NCBI RefSeq assembly: GCF_000181795.1
Contig: NW_003526943.1
Coordinates: forward strand, 11,460,007-11,524,006
Source of the DNA: Trichinella spiralis
Lineage: Eukaryota
Direction: 5' to 3'
DNA: 64,000 bases
Each line of letters opens with the position of its first letter. Position 1 is the first letter of the stretch. Both the position numbers and the translations under genes were made by a program. The notes beneath the pieces were generated by a model, which ran no database searches, was not told the origin of the DNA, and saw only the letters and a list, made by a program, of their open reading frames with translations. Shown one piece after another: positions 9,831-22,700 of this stretch.

Positions 9831-12215
9831 TCATGCATCGCAATGTTGCTGTTCAGCAATCATAAGTGGAGCTAGCTCATCTTTTGGGTCGCTGTCAAGG
9901 TCTGCGCCAACGTGCCACAACGCATTCAAACGTTCTGCGGCACATCCAACTGAAATGCGTGCTTCTGGTTCTCCATCCCACATTTCTTCAATTGTTGCAC
10001 ATACAACTTTACTATGCTAAAAATAAAAAACTATATATCAATAAACAAACAGCGTTTCATTTATTTTAAATTTACCGAATCTACACGCCAAGAATCTTTT
10101 ATAATTGGACGCCGTTTCTTTGTTGCAACAGTGTCCTGAATCACTTGTAATGTTGGCCGAAGTCCAACTTCAACTTCAAAAGGAAGTTTATATTCATCAG
10201 GCTCTTCTGAAAATAAGAAGAATATAAAGTAAATTATGAGTATAATTTTGTCGCATGCAAACAGTGCGCAACAGTCACCTCCATGTAAAGAACATCGTGA
10301 CATTAATTCCCACAGTACCAGTGCAGCCGCGTAGACATCAATTTGACGAAAAGCAAATGCACTGAATTCAGTAGCTCCTTCCAGCACTTCTGGTGCCATA
10401 TATCGACGAGTACCTACCTTAAAATTTTGCAATGTTAAAATTCACAACAAATATATCTATGAAAAAAATTCACTTGGCCATGAGTATCATTTGGAGTTCG
10501 ACCATGTTCACATTTCAATGCTAAACCAAAATCGGCCACACAAGCTGTGAAATCATCCTTCAGCAATACATTGCGACTTTTGAAATCTCGATGAACAATC
10601 GTCGGCTTGTACTTGTCAGTGCTCACTACTTCTTCATGAAGAAAACTCAATCCACGAAGTATCGATACTCCAATACTAAGCAACTGTTGAAAACTTATCG
10701 AATGAACCTATAAAAGAATGTATATTTTAAAAAATTGCAATCATATAAAATGAACTACTTGAAATATAACAAATACTTTAATATGATCATGCAGTGAACC
10801 ACGCTGATGATATTCTGTAATTAGCCAGAAGTCATAATTTGGACCAGTGCCGTGTGCTTCGGCACCAAGAAAACGTAAAATGTTAGGGTGCGATTTCAAG
10901 CCCGGTACAGCGTAAATCTCTTGTTCCTGCACCCAGCTATCGGAATTGTTTGCAGAAAACACTTTTACTGCCACAACAACTTGTTGGGCACCCATCGTAG
11001 CTTTATAAACACATCCGTAATGTCCACGAGAAATTTTCTATAAAACAAAATTAAATTGCAACAAAATCTTAAATAAAGTAAATAAAAAATACATCTTTTA
11101 GCCGTATCTGGCGCTGCGGCAAATTTGAAAGTGACAATGGCAAACGCTTTGGTAAAGCAGTAGAATGGGATTCAAGTGATTTTAATAAAAATCGTAAACG
11201 ATATCGTCGAACAAAATAAAAGCCAATCAATATTAAAACAGCAGCAAGTAAAACTGATATTAAACTGAATATAACATTTCTTAGCGAATCGTCCACAGTT
11301 AAAATAGTTGTATTCGTTCCTGAAATTAATATCATAAATAAAAACATGCTACTTCCAATTTTTTAAATTAAAATTGATTTAAATTATAAATAAAAAAATA
11401 AATATACATATAACAAACAAACAAAAAATAAAGAAAAACTGACAGTTTATAATTAAATTACTTCTGGTACCTGCCAATCATAAACTGTAATGGCAAACTG
11501 AACAAAGTTACAAAAATTACAATTTTTATCCATTAAAATAAAAATTCATCGATACTGATTATTCACATGCTGCTATTTTCCGTGTTTAAATCAAGCAAAA
11601 AATCTTACGATCGATTTTAGAAAACGTTTCTGAGAATGATTTTGATCCGACTTGAAATTCGCGATTGCACATTGGTTTATTGCAACAGCAAAAATAAACT
11701 TCTACAGATCGAACAGCCGAATCTACGGAAGGTTCTTCAGCAATACAACGGTCAAAATCACAGTCCATCTCATTTGTCCAACATCCTTTGAACATAACCT
11801 TCAACAGGACAAAAAGTGAATGAAAAGAGTAATATTAAAAGAAAAGCTTACTTGAGCTTGTTCGCCAACATATTTCCAAACAGCGTAGCATCCTTGACTG
11901 CTGTTTCCTGAATTTTCGCATGTTTCAGGTGTTGGACAATTTTCAGCAGTACCGTTGCAGACATCAGAATTGAAATATGCACAAGAAAAATCGTCATAAT
12001 TTTCAGAACGCATGTCCGTGAACGCGCTGCTCTGCCCAAACAATGGCACGAACAAATGCTGAAAAACAAAGCATCAATTAGCAACATAACTCAATAAGGA
12101 TTTATTTTTCAGGTAATCAAATTCCATCGGTGTCGCATTTCACAATCATAGGAATCAGGAATAAAAGCAATGGTAAACAGGCAATGCAAATCAAAGCGAA
12201 TTTCTCAATATACAT
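9831..12215 (-). CDS. TGF-beta superfamily type II receptor Ser/Thr kinase (activin receptor type II / punt-like), multi-exon
   Basis: Signal peptide. Cys-rich ectodomain with FKGCW and Cys box [13 protein letters not shown] segment. Kinase motifs [51 protein letters not shown]. No GS box seen. Stop at 9831-9833; the start codon is tentative. Confidence 0.92.
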
Positions 12216-14019
12216 GAAAAATTTAAATACATTACAATGACCGTTCATATGAAATGCAGCACATTTAATCACACAGTCATCTCGTTTTTGTATTCTTAAA
12301 AATAATATAAATAAGAAACGGGCGTTTTTAACTTTCAGAAGTTAAATGATAAAATAAACATGCGCATCTTCAAAATAACTTGCTAATATATTCATTTGAA
12401 AATATAACTAAAAACGTAATTAAAAATAATTCAAGCAATGTCAAGCAATCACAAAATTAATTATTTGGAAAACATGTATTTCACATTATAACAACCGCTA
12501 TATATATATATAGCAATAAAAAATGAGAGCATATTAAAAACATTCCAATAAAACGCAATTAATACGCTATGTTAATTACAAATGGCAGTTCTATAAAACG
12601 CAGTTGCATATTAGACCAAAATTGCACGCTGATTTTCAATAAAAAATGCAAAACGTACATCACAAACAGCAAACAACGGAAACTTGACGACAAAACAAAA
12701 CTGTCCCAAATCCAACAGTCTGCATTACAGTATGACTTCAGTCCTTATAATCACATTTACTAATAAAGCCGAACAGTGATAGGTAGAGCAATTTAAAATG
12801 CATTAATTTTTGTTATAGTTGTATTTAAATAATTTTGCGATATTTTTAAATATTATTATTAAAGTATTATTTTATTAAAAATATTTAAATGATATGCTAA
12901 ACATTTCGCTTAAGTTACTAATTTATGAATAAATAAGTAAAAGAATTTAGTTCTGTTTGTTAGTTATAAACACATAACAATTATTTGTGTTCATATTTTA
13001 CATATTTCCTTGTCATACTGGTAATTTATTTAATTATTTGTGGACTTCAATGGCTTTCGTAAATATTACACAATTATCGAAAATTTTCATCACTTTAAAG
13101 TTATAATAAATAATATGATGCTTAAATTGAACTGATTTCTTAATAATTAATCCAATAATTTTACACAGAAAAGAGTATTCGAATGATATTTTTCAGTGTA
13201 AATTTAAAATTTTCAGTTTTTATTTAAGTTAGTTAGACAATATTGCATTACAATATTGTAACAATAAACTGACAAATTTTTCATATATGCATAATTTTAA
13301 AAACACTGACGTGAATTTTAATTAAAATTTCACTTTTGCATGACCATGCACTGCAATTCGTACCTTATTTTTATTTATTACACTGTAACTGAGAGCTAAT
13401 GAACTAATTATTTGTAGAATTGAAGTTTACCATTGTAATGTTTTCCAGCAGGCAATAATTACTCGAAAGGTAAAGGTTTTGTAAAGTTGAAAAAGATTTT
13501 CAATGTTAGAAAATTTTCAATATTGAAATGATGAATGTTATCCCTGTCAGAATGAAGTAGTGTAGATTATTATTTTACTGATTTAGATGTTGTTAATATA
13601 AAATATAAGTTTTTCTTTAACTGAAAGAGTCTACTGATATTTTTGGTTTAGGTTAAATTGTTGAAATGCGATACAGTGATCGATAACAGAGAATCAAATG
13701 AAATAAAGTGAATCAAAATCGAGGAAGACAACGTTTAATTTGACACGGCTTTTATTTATTCTATGCGAAAATGTTCGTTATTTTTTTACGAACATTCTTT
13801 TTATTGCCTAAATGAAAAATCAAACATGCGGGTAGAAATATTACATGCATATACATGTGTAACGGGTGTAAACGATGCCAAACGCGTGTATCTATCTGTA
13901 CGAGAAGATTAGAACGCAAATATTCTTAACAGTGACGATTACGTCTTATGTTATATTAAAGGAGAGCACGCGCAGCAACATCTATAGAGGAATCAGGAAG
14001 CCAGAAGAAGCACGACTGG

Positions 14020-14340
14020 CTGCGTAGATGGACATGGTTAGCTGAGAAAAAGATGGCGCATATCATTTTTTGCATTAATTACTGGAAACTGAATGAGTGA
14101 GGGAAAAAGACGCCTGACCACTGACTAGAATCGAAGAAACCTTAAAATTGAGCGGAGAAAGATAGTTTTCCATTTTAGACCTAGCTAGCGAGTATTGTAA
14201 TATGGAATTAACGGATGATGACAAAGTGCAAATGGCATTCACGACTACATTCGGTTTATGGTATACCAATTTTAGGCGATACCATTTGAACTTTGCAATG
14301 TCTCAGCTATGTTCCAGCGCCTAATGGAGACCGTGCTTTA
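14020..14340 (+). mobile_element. Degenerate Ty3/gypsy reverse transcriptase fragment
   Basis: With stops and frameshifts it reads KDGAY..INYWKLNE..KDA*PLTRIEET, FSILDLASEYCNMEL, MAFTTTFGL, YQFRAIPFELCNVSAMFQRLMETVL, matching gypsy RT motifs (DYRKLN, DAYPLPRI, LDLASGYWQ, PFGLCNAPATFQRLM). Confidence 0.88.
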
Positions 14341-14559
14341 TGTAGGCGTGTTTCAATAAAAACATATAGCAATATTTGCAAAAATTATGCAAACCATTTT
14401 CACGACTAGAAAAGTATGATCTACCAAATATCAATTGTTGGAAATTGAGAACTCAGGCTGACTCCCAGAGATTCGACGGTGCTTACGTAGCGCACAAATA
14501 TAAGTTGAGGACGTCGTCCGAGTTCTGACTTGGACGGTCCGTCTGGCGGCTTGCGCAAC

Positions 14560-15290
14560 ATGGCTTCCTTGTGTGGCTGTATTCCTTCTGTCGTACAGTG
14601 AAGCAGAGAGCAGTTCTACTGATGAAGAAGATGTCTCTGACTATCTGGATCAAGAAGAGGATCTGATTACATCGTCAAAATTAGCAACATATGAAACTGG
14701 TGTGAAGGTGCTCGCTGAAAGTAACTGCTGGTGGAGAGATGGGACCTTTAATTGTTATTGGTGGTGTTCGGTTTTGGTGAGCTGTCGATCGTGGCGTAAT
14801 TTATTGTGTTGGTTGTCAGTAGCACGGTGTAATGCACATTTGAAACGCACATTCGGTGCAGTTGATCATCTCGTAAGAAAGTATGTATGCAGAAGACGAA
14901 ACCGTCAGTTTTGGGGTTCAACCCTGAATAACTCGCTTTGAATACAAATGGAATTCAACCAAGTCGCATCGTGGGAGACTGTTCCTGATGGAGTGCGAAA
15001 TAGATCTTGTAGACAATGTTCTCGAAAAACTCTCGGCAGATTCTGCGCATTCACTTTCTCTCACAGTCAGGAAGGCAGTAATGCTTCTTAGGCTTACAGC
15101 TACTGTGCCAGAAGTATTAAAAGCTGAGTGAAAGATTGGAGGAGCTAGAAAATGGTGCACATCTAGCAATGGAATGGATACGCGTTACGCATGTGATGGG
15201 AAAGTGAGAAGCTGTTGTAGCAAATGCTTCTTGTGCGCTGCATTGATCACTTTATTCAAAACTGCAGAAATTGCTTTTTGATGGGCCCAG
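14560..15290 (+). mobile_element. Internally deleted piggyBac (PGBD4-like) transposase relic
   Basis: Acidic N-terminus (SEAESSSTDEEDVSDYLDQEED), GAVDHLVRKYVCRRRNR (cf. GGVDxxDxxxxxYxCxRxTRRW), WNSTKSHRGRLFLME, and a C-terminal Cys-rich region (KWC...CDGKVRSCCSKC). In-frame stops are present; terminal repeats were not resolved. Confidence 0.72.
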
Positions 15291-15530
15291 ATAATTTGGC
15301 GTGAATTGGGTTACAACTTTAGTTTTGATGCATTTGACCTTTCTGAATAGTAATTATTTATGAATATTTGTGGTCAAAAATTAATAAATTTTGTACCGAC
15401 TGTCTGATGAAAGTATAAAAATTGAAAGAATATCTTTATGAATTAACGCACTGGTAAATTCATTGATGCTTGATGCAAAGTGAAATTTATTTGATGTGAA
15501 ATAAAGAGAAAATAATAAAAATGAAGTGCA

Positions 15531-16709
15531 CTACAATTTGGAGTGCATTTTTCTTTTGAACATATTTTTTAAACGTTTGTTTAAATTTTTGTTCAAAAAT
15601 CCATAAATTATAGGATTGATGCATATTGATAGGACAGTGATCAGTTTGAATGCTTGGTCGACGCGCATCACTTTCGTCACGGTGTCTTCGGTCCAGTGTG
15701 AAGAGCGCAAGTGGATGTACAAGCTGAGCACTTCGAACGGCATCCATACAAGCGCATAGCTGGCGGCCATGGCAAATAGCAGCTTGATGGCACGTGTGCT
15801 TCGGGCGGGGGTTTTCACCGGACCTGCTTCGATGATGCCGCCGCTGCTGGCGGTGATTGGTGGTGGTGGTGGTGGGTGGTTTTTGCGGCGACCGAGCAAT
15901 CTCAGCTGACGGCGTCGATCGGCTTTGTGCAAAAAATGAGTCAGCTTGACGCAGTAGACGACCAAAATCAACAACGGTACCAGATATAGAAAAACCGCCT
16001 GAAGGATACTGATTACAAGTTCCACTTGCTCGGTGCAACGCTTTTCATCTTCCGCATTCAGGCCAGAATCGACGCAGGACTGTGGTCTCAGGGTGCAGGT
16101 AGTGAACAGGATGATCTCTTCGGTTTTGTTGAACCGCAGTGCATATTCGAGTGGAAATCGAAAAGACAGCAAATTGTAATGCAGCAGATAAGGAAGCGAC
16201 AGCGCCAACGCCACTACCCATATCAGACCGGCTACAAGAATGGCGAAATAGTTGTTTCTGGTGGAAATTTGACTTTTGTTCATGTTCACCACTGCATAAT
16301 AGCGATCCACTGCCATGACGGCAATTGTAAGCGTTGAACAGAAGATGTTGCTTCCTGGCAACGCGTTGGCAAATTTGCAAAAAAACAAGCCGTGGGTGAA
16401 ATCCCCCTCGTTGACCGGTAGCCAGAGGAAAGGTATATACAAGGCGGCTAGTAGAAAATTCGACAACGCCAAATTGATAATGAACACATCACCCGGATTT
16501 CGCTTTTTCAAGCTAGCAAAGAGCACATAAATCAACAAACCGTTCGACAACAAACCCACACCACAAATTATACTATAAGCGGCGGTGAAAAATGCCGCTT
16601 CAGTTGTGGTGAACAATTGAAATCTCGCTTGATCTCGTAGGCATTCTTTCCAAAAATTTTCACCTACTTCACTTCCATTTGACTGAAGAAAGCATTGTTC
16701 TGCGCGCAT
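15531..16709 (-). CDS. Class A (rhodopsin-like) GPCR, neuropeptide-receptor type, intronless CDS
   Basis: Seven hydrophobic segments. Motifs: GLLSN (TM1), NLALSN (TM2), CK (TM3 start), AVDRY, LSLP (TM4), YLVP (TM5), VWMP (TM6), NPIIY (TM7). Confidence 0.95.
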   Translation of the reverse strand: MRAEQCFLQSNGSEVGENFWKECLRDQARFQLFTTTEAAFFTAAYSIICGVGLLSNGLLIYVLFASLKKRNPGDVFIINLALSNFLLAALYIPFLWLPVNEGDFTHGLFFCKFANALPGSNIFCSTLTIAVMAVDRYYAVVNMNKSQISTRNNYFAILVAGLIWVVALALSLPYLLHYNLLSFRFPLEYALRFNKTEEIILFTTCTLRPQSCVDSGLNAEDEKRCTEQVELVISILQAVFLYLVPLLILVVYCVKLTHFLHKADRRRQLRLLGRRKNHPPPPPPITASSGGIIEAGPVKTPARSTRAIKLLFAMAASYALVWMPFEVLSLYIHLRSSHWTEDTVTKVMRVDQAFKLITVLSICINPIIYGFLNKNLNKRLKNMFKRKMHSKL

Positions 16710-19700
16710 TGCTTTTTGCTACCACTCAACTTTAACAATCATTTTTTCTGTACATGCATGTATATATATATATATATACATATAAATTAACTCACTAAAA
16801 AAAAGAAAAATGATCAATTTCAAAATGCACGTTATCAGAAAAAGTAGAGACATTTCATATTTCATGATATAACAAATAATTTTTGATATTTTGATCAACT
16901 GATTAGCATATTAATTTTAAATAATATTCTTTGTATCATCAATCAATTTTCAAACATCATAAATGTGCATATTTTTATTTAAATAAAAACATTTATTATA
17001 AAATAAGTATTGCCAACTCAACTTCGCAATAATAACAGATTTTATAATGTGAAGCACAAACGACCATCATATATATTATATTATACGCATCATATGATAA
17101 GCATGGCTTGATTGACAGTGCGTAATGAAGCGACAAATTATCCATACATATTCAATTAATGGCAAATAGAATGGTTAAAAGCATTAAAGAGTATCACTTT
17201 TTCACTTGAATAAATAATAAAGAATTGCATTAAATGTGCAACAAACAAAAACTTAGCCCCTCGATTTAACAGCTAAAATGAAATTCTTCTTATCATCAAT
17301 AAATTTCAGCAGATATATACCATAATATCTATCCTGAAACTATTTGGTATATACCATCAGTAAAAGCAAAAAGCACTTTATGTAAATGCTTAAAATAACA
17401 GATAATTAAAAATAAAAAGACTACAGGAGAAATATCATTTGAAAAGTTTTCTACTGGTTATTTAAGAAATTTTACTTTTACAATAAGTATTCAACTTATC
17501 ACAACTTTTAAATAAATGATGGTGAAATTTTTGTTATGAGACTTAAAACATGCTAACTTTGCGTCATTCATAATTTACAGTCATTTTATTTAAACATTCA
17601 TTTGAGCTCAAGTTGAAATTTTAAATTCATCACTATTAAAATATTGTTGACAGAACTGTCATAATACGACTAAATTTAAACAATATATTATGCCCATTAT
17701 AAGTTTACTAGTTCATGCTTTTCTGAATTTTCACATTCAGTAAATTATAAAAACTTATTTCTGAATGCAACATTTTCAAAAAATAATTACATATATTTAT
17801 TTCTTTTGCAAAAATAAAAGCAATTTCAATTTTATCATGACTTATTCATGATCACATCTACAATTACTTGAATGCTATGGAAAAGTAATCCTAGAACATA
17901 ATTAAGATGTAGGAAAAACAAATGTATAATTCAACTTCACCATCACAGCCATGACTGGGGTGGAAATCTGTGTGCAAACTATGCAATTTTATTTTTAGAA
18001 ATTCATAATTTTGCATAATTAGAAATCTATTATTTTGCAGTAGGACAGTGTCATTTTGAGACAGGTTTAATAAAATATATTATGATTTTTCAATGTCAAT
18101 TTTAGCAAAAAAATCAGATGCTTTCATATTTATCTCCATTCCGCTCCCCTTCATTTATTTTAAAATCTCACAGAATCTTAAAACCCCTTATCTGCTTATT
18201 TTACCGACAAAATAAAAAAAAACTGAATATTACCAGATCTATTTTACCATCTGGAAATGTTTTATAAATAATATGGCACAAGTTAAACTTTCTTTGTGAA
18301 ATACCTTTCATGTACATTAAACTAAAGAAGGATTTTGAAAATTAATCTCCGCTGTATTAAAATTTTGAAGCCGATTTTGCTTTAATTTGGAAAAACTTAA
18401 TTGAAACAAAATGAAAATACATTTGTTTCTGATTTTCAATATTCATTTGTTGAAATTTCTTATACACTACACTTTTAATTACGTGAAAATGAAAATTTAT
18501 CTTGCATTTAAGAAAACTGAACTACATTAAATGCACAATGAGGGAAAAACATTCATGAAAATATTCATTTTATTAATTATACAAATTATATTACAATGTT
18601 TACGTTGTTTCTACATTTTCGTTTATTCAAAGTGTTGTGACACCGAAATTTTCACACAAATGTGATGTGCAAACAAATTTTACCATTTAATCAAACATCA
18701 TCTAACAACTAAACTATTCAAACTTCTTCCAGGAGCATTACCAGTTACTAATTAACGGATTAATAAGCAAGGCGCTTTAAGAATTACTAATCACCATTTG
18801 CAGTACCGTTGCTTTTGAGAAATGGGAAAATTCTGGTCAGTAAAGAGACAATATGATAGTTGCTACGCGACACCTCAGTTCCACATCACATACTAATATC
18901 TGGTTCTAATGGGGTAAAGCACTTGAACAATATTGCTTTTAAAGTTTGTCCAAAACATGAGCAAGCTGCGGATATTAATTATAAAGTCAACTCACTTTTA
19001 TATTTTCTACTTGCCACTACAACATTTTCACAGATTTATATCTAAAGATTATTCATGAATAAAGAAAAGATGAATATCATTACATCAAAAGCTACAAACA
19101 GAAATTGCAATTTTAAAAGAGAAATGGCAAATTTAACAAATTTGAAAAGAATTAATTTTTTTAAAACTTTAATTCTGACTAATAATAAATAAAATTTGAA
19201 AATATTTTACAATACAAATTGATAAAATTTGAATTTGTTGCCGAATTAATGTTCGCACCATTGATTTTATTATTTTCTTAATGAAATTAACACCAAAAAT
19301 ACCGATTAATATAAAGTGGAAAAAGACAATTTTGCTCCCTTCAAGCTACAATAAGCAAATTCCACGCAATTGCAATTATAAGAAATAAATTTTTATAAAA
19401 GCTTCTTACAGTATGTGAGGAAAAGAAGAAATTTGATACTTACTAAAAGTGCACGGAATCCTAGATAGATTTAAAGATTGTGCATAAAACCACTCTACGC
19501 ATTTGAACAGAGGTTTGGAATGGATCATTTTAATGTTCTCTGTGAGCTGATGAGCCTGAAAACTAAATCGATAAGCACTGTGCAATGCAAACAGAATAGA
19601 AGATCGTTCAGGCGTTCATTCATGTTTCAGCAAAACCAAATCAAATTAAACATATCTTTTCTATTTTGAAACGTGAGTTGCTTAGTTGTTGGAAAATAAA

Positions 19701-22700
19701 ATGCAATTTGCATCGTTATCTGTTGCATTTTTCAAGTAAAAACACACCAAATAAGTTTACCAGCATTTCTTCAACACATTCTCATAGCAAGATTAATACC
19801 AAAAAATCTGCATGATAAATAAGAAATAACAATTAAATTATTTCTGCTTTATCATTTTGGATTAATATTATTTCACAAATCTATTTTTTTACCACTTATA
19901 GAACTTTATAGCACTTTAATGAAGCATCATTAAATTCCAATGTAATACAGAAATTTCATAATGGATATATATGAATTATTTATTGTTTACTTTTTGAAAT
20001 ACTTTTAAATCACATACATCCCAGTAGATTTTTTGTTCTTTGGATCTGCTATCACCATGGTCAGTCAGTTTTGGGATTTTTTTATCACTAACATTTTTCT
20101 ATCGATTCAGATGATAGACTGAGTGGTAAGATCTTTTGTTTTCAGTTTGCCAGAGTGATGGATTCTCACATAAAATGATGAGCTTCATTACTCCATGTGT
20201 CCATCAAAACAAAGTAAATCAACAAAAAAATCTTTCAAGAGTTTTGCTTGATAAAATGTCACAGTGAATTTCTGCTGCAGCAAAGCAAATTTTTCCTCAG
20301 TGCAAATTTCCAAATGCGTTTGAAAATTTTCAGAAAATAATTCTCCAGAGATTTATAAAATATTAATATGCCAATTTTGCGTGTTTGTGTAAGAGTTCTA
20401 CTTAAATGAATTATAAGCAGAAGTCTCTGAAAATGACAATTTCTGCTTCATATTATTATTAAAATTCAATATAAAATACTCGCTGTTATAAACAATGAAA
20501 AATATTTAATTTTTAACAAATTAAAATATATTAAATCATGCAAATGATCACATGTCGGTATGCTTTGAAAGTTAATTTGTGAATCTTATTTACAGTGGCA
20601 TGAAAAGCGATAAAACGCAAAAAATAAAATTGCTATCCCAAGTGAACTGAAGTCTCCAGTTGAGACATACAGTTCATTTGTGCAGAACAGGCTGATATGC
20701 ATAATACATTAAGAAAATTAAATTATAACAAATTACAGACAAATAATTTTAGTTCACTTAAATAATAATAAATTCAATATTGCCAATTCAATATTCAATA
20801 TAAATCAATCAGTTCACTTAAATGTAATAAAAAATTTTTTAATTGAAATCAGTATTCATGAACGTATTTTGTTTGAACTTTTCAAAAGCAGTGGTTAAGC
20901 TGGTCAAAAGAAAGGTTCTATTACCCTTTTTATTATGAAGAAATCGATTTTGTATTAATAACATTTTATAAATTTGATATGAAAAAAATTTTAGATATCA
21001 TGCAAGATTGCTAGTTTAATAGGATTATTTGTATTTTCCAATAATCGAACTTACTTTTGCTTTTCATGAAATAGTGGGGAAATTTTCTGCACCGTAATGC
21101 AAAGTGATATACATTAAAATATATAAATACATATACGTACGTGAGCACATAACTTTGCTTTATGAGATTAAATACTTATTCTGCATTTAATAGAAAAAGA
21201 AAATCAATAACAAACACTTTGTTTAAATCAGGTGCGTTGCCACACATTGAAACTCTGCTGTGCTGTCATTCAGCATGGAAGTCGTTTGAAAAATTTAATA
21301 TATTAATACATGAATAAATTAATATTAATGATCTTTGAATAATAAGGCAAACGTACATGCGTACAGTGCATTGCGTACAAGCATGGTTCTTTATAAAAAG
21401 CAACTGCTAATGCTATTTAAGCATGAAAATGAACATCGGTTAAATTGAAAAATGCTTTCTTGCATTTTGCAAAAAAATTTCTCACAAAAATATTTCCATA
21501 TTCAACTTTTTGAAAAAAACAATCATTTTCTAATGAAAAATAAATTGCTGCATTATTTTGCTTATAATCAATGCTTACAATCAATGTATGGAAAGGAAAT
21601 AATTTTTATTGGCAATTTCAAATGCTATCAAGATATAGAAAAAGTTGTTTTCATGATTCCAATAGGAGCTGTCTCAAAAACAAAGTCATACTATAACAAT
21701 TTTATCATATGATTATTAAATTATTTGAGCAAAATCTTATTATTTTCAAAATTTACATCAAAAAATTCAAACGGAACAAAAAGTTTTGCTTTGAAACATT
21801 TTAAAATTATGAAGTAAATTTCAACAATGCTTAATAAAATAAATAAAAACAGACAAACAAATCCATTTCATCCACTTATTCATAAATATTTTTGTATATA
21901 TATTTATTTATTTAAATTAAAGTACAGTAAAAATTTTTATTGTTTTTAATAAAACGGAAATTTTTGATCAATTTTTGCTTTTCAATTTTCTTAATGGTGA
22001 AAAAGTTGCAAGCAAATAAATGGAAATTAAAGTTACTGCTTCCATTTATAAAATAATGTTGCACAATATTTCCTTGATTGCTTTTTCCTTTCAAACAATA
22101 ATTTTTAAAAATGATATGCTATTTACAATTTTAAAGCATTTTATTAACGAATTTTAATTTTTTTTTATCTTTTTTTGTATTGTACAAATTGAAAAATTGA
22201 ATTTAAAAAGTAAATAAAGAAATTTTGCAGCAATTAATAAAACTTAAAATGAAAAATAATCGTCATTTCATAGTATTTAAATTTTCCAGTAATAAGTTGA
22301 ATATTATCAAACATTCAACATGAAACTTTTTTTGCAGAAGTATAATTAACTATAATAATAATATCTCTTATTATTATTGTGATAATAATTATAACAGGTA
22401 ATAGAACATTCTGCTAAACTGAAATGGGAAATATTTTTTTTTCAGTAATAATATAATTAATTTCTATGGCTTCTATTTGTGAATCAAAAATTTTTATCAA
22501 AAATAGCATAAGTCATAAGAAATTTCTTTACGATAAGTTGCAATGGCTGATTTCAGACCATTTGAAGATAATGTACAATTTTAAAAATTAAAATCGATTG
22601 CATTTATTAAAAAAAAGTGTTCATATATAATATTGTTGCAAATGTTTGTAAGAATGCTAAGTAGCGAATAAATTATAAAATATAGTACACAAATCTTATT

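Noticed and set aside
18228..18251. TTACCAGATCTA, reminiscent of a trichinellid spliced-leader sequence as recalled
   Set aside because: No following AG|GT donor or Sm site; it is only a short local inverted repeat.
20750..20830. Short direct repeat (agttcacttaaat..taataaa, twice)
   Set aside because: Two copies only; a local slippage duplication, not an array.
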